From NCBI GenBank assembly GCA_026391595.1, contig JAPLDY010000175.1, positions 11,604-75,603 on the forward strand: a stretch of 64,000 nucleotides of DNA. Direction: 5' to 3'. The notes beneath the pieces were generated by a model. That model saw only the letters and a list, made by a program, of their open reading frames with translations. It searched no databases and was not told the origin of the DNA. Shown here one piece after another: positions 54,392 to 64,000 of the stretch. Position 1 is the first letter of the stretch; the number at the start of each line of letters is the position of its first letter. Origin of the DNA: Bacteroidia bacterium (GTDB taxonomy: Bacteria; Bacteroidota; Bacteroidia; Bacteroidales; VadinHA17). The position numbers and the translations under genes are program-made.

Positions 54392-54883
54392 ATGGGGCGT
54401 TATCAAAATTTCCGCACGCTTAGTTATTGTAATTTTATACAAATCAAAACGAACCCAACCACCACCTTGAATATCAATGACTTACAACTGGCAGATAAAA
54501 GAATAGTTATTGTTGAGGACGATGTGCCATCGATCAGGTACTATGAAACTCTCCTGAAAAACTCCAGCGCTGACATCAAAATTTTTCGCAACGGGAAAGA
54601 GTTCGTTAATTATCTGAACGAGGAAAATGAAAAGATAGACCTCGTTTTTATGGATTTTCTTATCCCGCTTGTTAATGGAATCGAATGTTTGAGAATATTT
54701 CGCAGGGAAAGAAAAAATGTCCCCGTACTGATGCTTACTGCTTATTCATCGGAGCAGAGCAAAACGGAAGCTTATCTTGCCGGCTGCAATGAATATGTAC
54801 TGAAGCCTATCTACCCCGAAAAGATCTTCTTCCTGCTTGAGAAATACCTCAAGCACGAATCCACTCATTCATTAATAAGCTGA
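54392..54883 (+). CDS. Single-domain response regulator (REC)
   Basis: 'IVIVEDD', phospho-acceptor region 'LVFMDFLIP', 'LMLTA', 'KP'. The start is uncertain; an in-frame TTG at 54467 is possible. Confidence 0.75.
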   Translation: MGRYQNFRTLSYCNFIQIKTNPTTTLNINDLQLADKRIVIVEDDVPSIRYYETLLKNSSADIKIFRNGKEFVNYLNEENEKIDLVFMDFLIPLVNGIECLRIFRRERKNVPVLMLTAYSSEQSKTEAYLAGCNEYVLKPIYPEKIFFLLEKYLKHESTHSLIS

Positions 54884-54889
54884 TCAGGT

Positions 54890-57800
54890 TTATCTCGTAG
54901 CCGGATTAATTAATCCCACATATCTCTTATAATAATCATTCAGCTTATTGCTTATTTCCATTCCCGTTTCCTTTTTGCCATTGACAATGCATGCTTCTCC
55001 GGCGCGCCTGGTATATTCAAACGCGGTTCCAATAGGATATTCGGCTGAAGCCACTATATATGGTTTCTGCTTCAGATAATAATCCAGCTGCGCATAATAA
55101 TAACTGCAAAGGGCATTTGTCATCTCCATTGCTTTTTCACTCTTGCCTGCTGCAAAATAGGCATCAATTATGTCGTTCATATACGGGTCGTACGGGATTT
55201 TGCTAAGGGGAAAAACATTCATGCAGTGATCAAGAACTTCTGCAGCTTTCTCATTTTTCCCTTCGGATACAAGCGCCTGGGCCAGTTTCGCATAGTTCAA
55301 CCTTGCCCTTACCACCATCAGCGTACGCTTATGGTGGTAGTCAATGTTCACCTTCGGATCATTAGCTCCACCCCAGGCGAATTTCTTCATCAGGTTTTCG
55401 TACATGACATCAGTATTAACACTGCCATAATCAAGCCAGCTTCTATTTTCTGACTTTATCGGGACGAGCCTGTAAGCCAATCCTTCAAGCTGAAAATACT
55501 CTTCAAGTCCAAGTGCATCGCCATGATACCCGGCAACAAAATATATAGGCCTCTTCCAATCGTTATGGGCAAGAATATCAAGGACCAGAAGCTGGCTTTT
55601 GATGATTAAACTGCCCTTAAGGCTAATATCAATATATGGAACGATCTTGGCAGAATCTTCTATACTGACCGTACCTGAGGCAAGAACTTTATTCTTATCA
55701 ATAGGAATACGAATATTCTTTGCCGGGATAATATCAAGCCATTCGTTCGCAGAAACCTGAAGTTTTGTTCCCCTGTTTTCGCTTTTTACCCAATCTATAA
55801 TTGTGGATATATCAACTGGTTCTTTCCTTTTCTCAAAAATGTACAGCTGGCTGTTTATGCCATCATAGTATTTCTGGATCGGAAGAGAAACTGGCAGCGG
55901 ATCAGATTTGTATACCTTCCTTTTCATCTGTTCGATATACCAGTCTGTATTCATCAGCATGAGATTGCATACTCTTACATCGGTCCTTTTCCCTTCAACC
56001 TCCTGGGCATACCAGAGAGGGAAAGTATCGTTATCACCATTGGTAAAAAGAATGGCGTCCGGAGCACACGATTCGAGATAATCGAAGGCGACATCCCTTG
56101 CCAGGTAACGGCCTGACCTGTCGTGATCGTTCCAATTCTCTGATCCCATTATTACCGGAACGGCAAACAGGCATAAAATCCCTGATACAGGAGCAGCAAT
56201 ACCTTCACTTGTAACTTTTTTGATCAGGTCGTAAAGTGCGAGAACCCCCAGGCCTATCCAGACCGAGAAAAAGTAGAAAGACCCGACATAAGCATAATCA
56301 CGTTCCCTTGGCTGATTGGGGTACTGGTTAAGGTAAAATATTATAGCAATGCCCGTCATGACAAACAGGAGCATAATTATCCACCAGTTTTTGTTGTCGC
56401 GAAAAAGTTGAAACAGTAGGCCTGCCATGCCGAGCAAAAAGGGCAGAAGGAAGTATCGGTTTCTCGATGTGTCGTTTTTAATATCCTCCGGCAAGTCGGA
56501 GGTTCCCACCCTGGGTTCGTCAAGGAATTTTATTCCGGTTATCCAATTGCCGTTAATAGCACCTCCCGACCCCTGGGTATCATTCTGCTTGCCTGAAAAA
56601 TTCCACATGAAGTACCTGAAGTACATGTAACCATACTGATAGGTGAACATGAACCTGAGGTTTTCGCTGAATGTCGGCCTCTTGATTATTGTCTTCTTGC
56701 CCTCCTGATCGGTTACCTGGAGTGAAATCCCTTTTGATCCTCCCCACTGTTTGTAAACCGCTGCGTGATCCTCCTGGTCACTCCACATTCTCGGAAAGAG
56801 GGTTATAAATCTGTCGTCATAAACCCTTTCAAGATTTTTGTGTGTTATTACATATTTGCCTTTTTCAAGAACATATACCGGCTTGCCATCCTTATAGTTG
56901 ATAAGCGGTGCATTGTAATATGCTCCCTTTATCAGAGGCATTTGACCATACTGTTCCCTGTTGATATAATATAAAAGATTAAATGGATCGGATGGATTGT
57001 TCTCATTCAGAGGCGGATTTGCGGAAGCTCTGATCATGATCAATGCCGTTGAGGAATACCCGATCAGGATGACAATTATTGCAGTAAGGGCCGTGTTGAG
57101 CATAACCCTGTTCCTGGTTGCGACCAGCCATATGCCTGTCAAAAGAACCACAAGAATAAGACAGTTTGCAATTGCCGAACCCGACACTACCCATATTCCG
57201 GTAAACAATAGAGCTGCAGCAGAGAGCAGTGCTGTTGCAGTATTTCTCCCTGGCTTCAATGAAAATCCTGTGCTGAAAATAAGAAGTACGGCCAGGATAA
57301 TCATATGAAATATCATCCCGGAATTCGGAGGGAGCTTTAATGAATTCACGAAAAAGAGATCAAACAATGAGGAGACCTTAACTATCCCTGGCAACATCCC
57401 CCATAACAGCAGGGCAAGTATAATGAATGACCCGGCCAGTGAATAAACAAGCCCCTTCCATGAGAATTCAAATTTCCTGAAATAATAAACCAGAACTATT
57501 GCCGGCAGGGCAAGAAGGTTGAGAAGATGCACCCCGATGGAAAGACCCATCAGATACGCAATAAGTATTATCCACCTGTCGGCATTTTTTTCGTCGGCCG
57601 CTTCTTCCCATTTGAGTATTGCCCAGAATACCGCAGCAGTGAACATGGAGGATGTCGCATATACTTCACCCTCTACAGCTGAAAACCAGAAAGAGTCGGA
57701 AAAAGTGAATGCCAATGCGCCTACAACACCTGCCGACATGATCGCTATTATTCGTGGGTTAGTGAAATCGCTTTCATTCTTCACTATGATCTTGCGCGCA

Positions 57801-58102
57801 AGATGAGTTATTGTCCAGAAAAGGAAGAGGATGGTGAATGCACTGAAGATAGCCGACATTGCATTTACCATTGCTGCAACTTTTGTAACATCCTTCCCTG
57901 CAAAAAGGGTAAAAAACCTTGCAAGAACCATGAATACCTGGCTTCCCGGGGGATGTCCTACCTCGAGCTTGTACGACGAAGCAATGAATTCACCGCAATC
58001 CCAGAGACTGGCAGTGGGTTCGATGGTCATGAGATAGGTAAATGCTGCAATCACAAATACCACCCATCCGGTTATATTGTTTATAAGCTTGAATTGTTTC
58101 AT
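54890..58102 (-). CDS. DUF2723 family polytopic membrane protein (glycosyltransferase-C-like)
   Basis: 'LMTIEPTASLWDCGEFIASSYKLEVGHPPG' is the hallmark DUF2723 N-terminus. About 1,070 aa with many TM segments and a TPR-like tail. Confidence 0.8.
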   Translation of the reverse strand: MKQFKLINNITGWVVFVIAAFTYLMTIEPTASLWDCGEFIASSYKLEVGHPPGSQVFMVLARFFTLFAGKDVTKVAAMVNAMSAIFSAFTILFLFWTITHLARKIIVKNESDFTNPRIIAIMSAGVVGALAFTFSDSFWFSAVEGEVYATSSMFTAAVFWAILKWEEAADEKNADRWIILIAYLMGLSIGVHLLNLLALPAIVLVYYFRKFEFSWKGLVYSLAGSFIILALLLWGMLPGIVKVSSLFDLFFVNSLKLPPNSGMIFHMIILAVLLIFSTGFSLKPGRNTATALLSAAALLFTGIWVVSGSAIANCLILVVLLTGIWLVATRNRVMLNTALTAIIVILIGYSSTALIMIRASANPPLNENNPSDPFNLLYYINREQYGQMPLIKGAYYNAPLINYKDGKPVYVLEKGKYVITHKNLERVYDDRFITLFPRMWSDQEDHAAVYKQWGGSKGISLQVTDQEGKKTIIKRPTFSENLRFMFTYQYGYMYFRYFMWNFSGKQNDTQGSGGAINGNWITGIKFLDEPRVGTSDLPEDIKNDTSRNRYFLLPFLLGMAGLLFQLFRDNKNWWIIMLLFVMTGIAIIFYLNQYPNQPRERDYAYVGSFYFFSVWIGLGVLALYDLIKKVTSEGIAAPVSGILCLFAVPVIMGSENWNDHDRSGRYLARDVAFDYLESCAPDAILFTNGDNDTFPLWYAQEVEGKRTDVRVCNLMLMNTDWYIEQMKRKVYKSDPLPVSLPIQKYYDGINSQLYIFEKRKEPVDISTIIDWVKSENRGTKLQVSANEWLDIIPAKNIRIPIDKNKVLASGTVSIEDSAKIVPYIDISLKGSLIIKSQLLVLDILAHNDWKRPIYFVAGYHGDALGLEEYFQLEGLAYRLVPIKSENRSWLDYGSVNTDVMYENLMKKFAWGGANDPKVNIDYHHKRTLMVVRARLNYAKLAQALVSEGKNEKAAEVLDHCMNVFPLSKIPYDPYMNDIIDAYFAAGKSEKAMEMTNALCSYYYAQLDYYLKQKPYIVASAEYPIGTAFEYTRRAGEACIVNGKKETGMEISNKLNDYYKRYVGLINPATR

Positions 58103-58189
58103 TTAAGATTCTGTTTTTTGAGAATTGCTGAAAATGATCCGCTGACGAAAATAAGGATAATTTGTTATTTTTAGACATTATTTTATCTG

Positions 58190-61099
58190 ATGAATTTACG
58201 ATCTGCACTCTCTTTCCTTTTGTTGCTGATACTCCCGTCGATCGTATCGGGACAATACTATAACACAGGACAGGATCCTTCAAACGTGAAATGGCTGCAG
58301 ATAAAAACTGATAAATTCAGAGTAATTTATCCGGAAAAATATGGCTCACAGGGCGTAGAATTTACCAGATCACTGGAAAAAGCATACTCTGATCTTGCCT
58401 CTCTGTTCCCCGCGAAAAAATTCACTATCCCGGTTGTGATCCATAACTTCACAACAGAATCTAACGGATATGTTGCCTGGGCTCCGAAAAGGATGGAGAT
58501 TTATCCTACTCCCGAACAAAATACAATACCTCTTGATGCCAACAGGCAGCTGGCATTACATGAGCTCGCACATGTGATGCAAATGGAATCGCTCAATTCG
58601 GGCTTTACAAAAGTTTTTTCATATGTGCTTGGACAACAGTTTACAGGTATCGTATCGGCAATGCTTCCACTTTGGTACCTCGAGGGCGACGCTGTATTTG
58701 CAGAGACAGTTCTCTCGGAATCAGGAAGGGGAAGGAGCCCCGATTTTCAGAGACAGCTCAAAGCGATAATTATTGAAAAGGAGAAGCCATATAAGTACGA
58801 TAAGATGCTCCTTGAATCGTTCAGGGATTTTATACCGGACCATTATCATTTTGGATACCAGATGGTGGCGTGGTCCAGAATTAATGACCTGCAGATATGG
58901 AACAAAACTATTAAATATACTGCTGATAAACCATTTACGATCAATCCTGTAAACCTGAGCCTGAAAAAGAATGCAGGTCTTACCAAGAGAAGGCTGTACT
59001 ACCAGACTTTTGACACCCTCAAAACCCTGTGGCAACAGGATATCTCAGAAAGCGGAGCCAGGCCATATGAAGCTGTTAATCCTCAAAAGAAAGAGAAGTT
59101 TGCCAATTACTATTCACCTGTTGCTGCCGGAAACGATACCGTGATCGCAGTAAAAACATCTCTTTCCAAAACGGCAAGGTTTGTGCTTATCAGGCTTTCT
59201 GACAAATCCGAAAAGACCCTGCATGTTCCCGGATATATCTATCCATATTTCATTTCCTGTGGCGGCAGCAAGCTGGTTTGGATTGAGACTCATACTGATC
59301 CGCGCTGGGAAAACAGGAATTACAACGTTGTCAAAATACTGGACATCAGGAACAAACATATCAGGCAGCTTACACATAAATCGCGATTTATGGCTGCAGC
59401 TATTTCTCCTGACGGAAAATATATTGCTGCATCTGAAAACAGTGCTGATAACATTAACAGCCTTGTCCTCCTGGATCCTGATGATGGCTCCAGGCTTAAA
59501 AATATCCTTTCGCCCGCAAATGCATCTCTTCAGCGTCCTCAATGGTCAGATGACGGAAAGAAAATCACTGCTATTTACCTGACAGAGGCCGGAGAGGGAA
59601 TAATGTCGTACCGGCTTGATGAAGGCACATGGGAAGTTCTGGTCGAAGCAGGAAGGGACGATCTTCAGTCATCATTTCTCCGGAATGATTCACTATTTTA
59701 CATCACCTCAACAACCGGAACAGACAATATTTATTTGCTAACGCCAGACAACAGGTCAATTCAGGTCACCAATTCAAGGTTCGGAGCAAATGACCTTAGT
59801 ATCAGTGGTTCTTCGATCTTTTTCAGCGATTACACATCATCCGGCAACAATATTTGCAAGGCTTCGCTTAAAGAGATTATGGTAAATCCTGTAAAACAAT
59901 TCAAACCAGTATCGTACCTGGCCGACAGATTTGAGATTAACAGGGGCCAAACTAAGGATGTTCCCAAAAAAACGTATACGCCCGAACCATACAGGAAGTG
60001 GCAGCATCTATTCGGGGTTCACAGCTGGATGCCTTTTTATGCAGACATTGATGAAATTCGGTCGGACCCGACATCTGTAAGGCCAGGTGTTGCACTCATG
60101 ACTCAGAATCAGCTAAGTACTCTTACAGCAAGCGCCGGTTATGAATTCTCGGAGGATCGCATGCACATGTTCCATTCACGCATATCCTGGAAAGGATGGT
60201 ATCCTGTTTTTGAGTCACGGTTTGATTATGGGAGCGAGCCTCAGATCTATAATGCCCGGTCCAACGGAACCGGAGCTCCGCCTCCCTCAGAGATCCACCA
60301 GGGTTACAAGTTCAATAATACAGTCGCTCTCCCGCTGACAATATCATCAGGAAGGTTTTCGCAGTTCTTCTACCTGGCAGGGATACATAATTACCAGAAT
60401 AATTATATGTACCACAATGAGTCTTCAGCATATGCTCTTGGATTAACACAACTATCCGGCAGGTTGTATTTTAATAATTACCAGAAGATGGCGTTGAGGG
60501 ACCTCTATCCGCAATGGGGACAGTCTATCGACGTAATTTACTCCTGGCATCCTTTTGAAAACAATTATCTTGGTTCCCTTTTTACGGTGAAAAGCGCTTT
60601 CTATTTTCCGGGCATACTTCGTGACAACAGCATCAGGTTGAGACTGGAGGCAGAAAAACAACATAATCCCTATGAGTTTTACCGCCAGGGAAACAGGATC
60701 TCTTTTTCACGTAGTTATCAAGATATCACATCGATCGAGGCAGAATTTTTATCGATCGATTATATGATGCCGCTGATTTATCCCGATGTCAATGTTTTCA
60801 GCCTGTTTTACCTTAAAAGGATCCGTGGCGGATTATTCTATGATTACACAAGGGGTACGGGTAATTATATCACCACCTATGAAAATGGAAATTACAAGAT
60901 GGCATTTCACGATTATTCTGAAACTTTCAAGTCGTTCGGAGTGGAACTGCTGTCGGATTTTTATATCCTGCGCATACCTTACATGATCTCTGGCGGAGTG
61001 GAGACAACGTTCAGGTCTTTCGACGAGGCACCTTTTTTCAAGTTTCTTTTCAAAATAGATATTTATGGAATGAGCATCGGCAGAAGGAAGCAGATGTAA
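58190..61099 (+). CDS. Secreted protein with N-terminal HExxH region, TolB-like beta-propeller and C-terminal beta-barrel-like region
   Basis: Signal 'IVSGQ'. 'LALHELAHVMQ' is an HExxH motif. 'ISPDGKYIA' and 'WSDDGKKI' are propeller-type repeats. Confidence 0.5.
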   Translation: MNLRSALSFLLLLILPSIVSGQYYNTGQDPSNVKWLQIKTDKFRVIYPEKYGSQGVEFTRSLEKAYSDLASLFPAKKFTIPVVIHNFTTESNGYVAWAPKRMEIYPTPEQNTIPLDANRQLALHELAHVMQMESLNSGFTKVFSYVLGQQFTGIVSAMLPLWYLEGDAVFAETVLSESGRGRSPDFQRQLKAIIIEKEKPYKYDKMLLESFRDFIPDHYHFGYQMVAWSRINDLQIWNKTIKYTADKPFTINPVNLSLKKNAGLTKRRLYYQTFDTLKTLWQQDISESGARPYEAVNPQKKEKFANYYSPVAAGNDTVIAVKTSLSKTARFVLIRLSDKSEKTLHVPGYIYPYFISCGGSKLVWIETHTDPRWENRNYNVVKILDIRNKHIRQLTHKSRFMAAAISPDGKYIAASENSADNINSLVLLDPDDGSRLKNILSPANASLQRPQWSDDGKKITAIYLTEAGEGIMSYRLDEGTWEVLVEAGRDDLQSSFLRNDSLFYITSTTGTDNIYLLTPDNRSIQVTNSRFGANDLSISGSSIFFSDYTSSGNNICKASLKEIMVNPVKQFKPVSYLADRFEINRGQTKDVPKKTYTPEPYRKWQHLFGVHSWMPFYADIDEIRSDPTSVRPGVALMTQNQLSTLTASAGYEFSEDRMHMFHSRISWKGWYPVFESRFDYGSEPQIYNARSNGTGAPPPSEIHQGYKFNNTVALPLTISSGRFSQFFYLAGIHNYQNNYMYHNESSAYALGLTQLSGRLYFNNYQKMALRDLYPQWGQSIDVIYSWHPFENNYLGSLFTVKSAFYFPGILRDNSIRLRLEAEKQHNPYEFYRQGNRISFSRSYQDITSIEAEFLSIDYMMPLIYPDVNVFSLFYLKRIRGGLFYDYTRGTGNYITTYENGNYKMAFHDYSETFKSFGVELLSDFYILRIPYMISGGVETTFRSFDEAPFFKFLFKIDIYGMSIGRRKQM

Positions 61100-62518
61100 T
61101 CATAATTTAATGCTCCTGGCGGTTTGCAGTATTAGCCTCCAGGCCTTTTCGACATGATCAAACGTCACATTGGTCTGACCTGTGACCATTCTCAATGTGT
61201 ATTTCCCGTTAAGTACAGTATGGGAAAGATAGATCTTTCCTGAATCGTTAAGAAGATGATTCATCTTTTCGTTCAGGTCGTTTAACTGCTTTTCGTCATT
61301 GCCGGAGGGCGCATACCTGAAGCAAACAACATTTATTACGATCGGTGCAAGTATCTCAAAATCTTTTTCTTTCAGGATCATCTCCTTCAGCTTCACAGCA
61401 AACTGTATATGCTGCCTGATTTTTTCCTGCAATCCTTCTGTTCCATATGATCTTATTACGCTCCAAAGCTTCAGTGCCCTGAACCTTCTTCCGAGCGGTA
61501 TACCCCAGTCGCGGTAATCGTTTACCTTTCCGCGCGTTCTGGTTTTCAGATACTCCGGCAGAATTTCGAATGTCCTGATCAGGCTCTCCGCATCTTTGGT
61601 GAAGAATGCGGTGCAGTCAAAATTGGTGAACATCCATTTGTGCGGATTGAAGAGGAAGCTATCGATATATTCACGGCCGTCCAACATCCATTGAAATTCA
61701 GGCAAAATAAGAGCTGTCCCGGCCATTGCGGCGTCGACATGAAGCCAGACGTGGTTTTTACTGCAAATCTCTCCAATGGGTCTTAAGGGGTCAACGGCTG
61801 TGGTCCCTGTCGTACCAATTGTTGCAATCACGCAGCAGGGCAGGTATCCTTTCTTTTTATCAGATGAAATTGCTTTTCCGAGCTTTTCGGGATCCATTGA
61901 GAAATCTTCCCTGACAGGTATTCGAACCAGGTTTTTCCTTCCGATGCCGCTTATTCTGACTCCTTTTTCCACCGATGAGTGTGCCTGCTCAGAGCAGTAG
62001 ACCCTTAGAATCCTCCCTGAATTTATGCCTTCGCTGTTTGCAGTATATGCAGTCGCTTTTTCCCTGGCGGTAACAATGGCCGCAAGTGTAGCTGTTGAGG
62101 CGGTGTCCTGAATGACTCCCTCAAAATTAGCGGGCAAACCTATCATATCCCGCAGCCAGATCATCATTTTTTCTTCAAGCTCGGCGGCAGCAGGCGAGGT
62201 CTCCCAATTCATGCACTGGGCCCCAAGGGTGGCGATAATCATTTCTGCCAATATTGATGGCGGACTTGTGTTTGCTGGAAAATATGCGAAAAAATCGGGG
62301 CTTTGCCAGTGGGTTATGCCAGGCATTATGATCTCTTCAAGATCCGCCATCAGGAAGTTGAATGGTTCAGGCTTTAATGGTGGCTTTCCTGGGATCCGGC
62401 TGAATATTTCACCCGGTTTGACCTGTGATTTTACCGGATACTTTCCGACATTCTCCATGTAGGAGGCCATCCACTCGACCAGCTCATGGGCATGTTTGCG
62501 GAATTCCTCAGGTGTCAT
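61100..62518 (-). CDS. PLP-dependent aromatic-L-amino-acid / group II decarboxylase
   Basis: 'MTPEEFRKHAHELVEWMASYMENV' opening, 'HWQSPDFFAYFP', and PLP-lysine motif 'FNPHKW'. The alternative upstream start at 62548 would overlap atpC by 20 nt. Confidence 0.85.
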   Translation of the reverse strand: MTPEEFRKHAHELVEWMASYMENVGKYPVKSQVKPGEIFSRIPGKPPLKPEPFNFLMADLEEIIMPGITHWQSPDFFAYFPANTSPPSILAEMIIATLGAQCMNWETSPAAAELEEKMMIWLRDMIGLPANFEGVIQDTASTATLAAIVTAREKATAYTANSEGINSGRILRVYCSEQAHSSVEKGVRISGIGRKNLVRIPVREDFSMDPEKLGKAISSDKKKGYLPCCVIATIGTTGTTAVDPLRPIGEICSKNHVWLHVDAAMAGTALILPEFQWMLDGREYIDSFLFNPHKWMFTNFDCTAFFTKDAESLIRTFEILPEYLKTRTRGKVNDYRDWGIPLGRRFRALKLWSVIRSYGTEGLQEKIRQHIQFAVKLKEMILKEKDFEILAPIVINVVCFRYAPSGNDEKQLNDLNEKMNHLLNDSGKIYLSHTVLNGKYTLRMVTGQTNVTFDHVEKAWRLILQTARSIKL

Positions 62519-62528
62519 TACGGGTCTC

Positions 62529-62777
62529 TTATCGTACCGATTCGGCAAGAAGGATTATCTTGTTTTGTTTTACTTCAATCACCCCTCCGTTTATTTCGTA
62601 TCTCATATCAGTTCCTCCCTCCTTTGTCGCTATTATTACAGTTCCGTTTTCCAGAGTCGAAATGATAGGAGCATGATCTTTAAGGACCTGGAATGATCCT
62701 TTTTTCCCGGGAACTCTTATTGAAATAATATCTCCTTCAAAGATTTTTTTATCAGGAGTGATGATTTCTATTTTCAT
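62529..62777 (-). CDS. atpC: F-type ATP synthase subunit epsilon
   Basis: 82 aa, 'I.TP.K..F.G....I.VPG..G.F.VL..HAP.IS.L..G', directly after atpD. Confidence 0.8.
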   Translation of the reverse strand: MKIEIITPDKKIFEGDIISIRVPGKKGSFQVLKDHAPIISTLENGTVIIATKEGGTDMRYEINGGVIEVKQNKIILLAESVR

Positions 62778-62789
62778 CCCTGTACGATT

Positions 62790-64000
<1,211 letters not shown>

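Overview
This window reads as a Bacteroidota chromosome. The basis is TTTG-N19-20-TAnnTTTG promoter boxes in front of many genes, signal peptides that end just before a Gln, and families such as DUF2723, DUF3108 and FISUMP. Housekeeping blocks (fbaA; a TolC/adaptor pair, tsaB, efp, tyrS, cvpA; ettA; atpD-atpC) alternate with blocks that look more AT-rich by eye and mostly encode secreted or surface proteins.

Main content:
(i) Four paralogous tail-fibre-like secreted proteins (787-3363, 7124-9679, 36678-39527, 39867-42029). Each has a conserved N-terminal module, a 'KGGFAVGGYD' repeat module, an interchangeable repeat core, and a C-terminal endosialidase-type (S74) intramolecular chaperone domain. 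Promoter and terminator flanks are partly conserved.
(ii) A three-gene cluster (25043-35365) encoding a DUF5683-like membrane protein, a signal-peptide-bearing caspase (C14) family protease and a 2,786-aa lipoprotein. The lipoprotein has about 16 Ig/FN3-like repeats, one DUF1566-like module and five FISUMP lectin-like modules. It carries an in-frame ~1.2-kb tandem duplication and patchy gene conversion.
(iii) A ~1.7-kb decayed integrative element at tRNA-Gln(UUG), bounded by a 26-bp direct repeat and carrying a stop-interrupted, truncated tyrosine integrase.
(iv) Re-used terminator/promoter cassettes and several families of short GC-rich palindromic intergenic repeats.
(v) A GH114-like gene interrupted by a single in-frame TGA.
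(vi) Two tandem Cys-rich mini-lipoproteins that abut a YfiR-like/PP2C phosphatase gene.

I saw no CRISPR array, rRNA, reverse transcriptase or intact transposase. All family assignments come from motif recognition by eye; no searches were run.
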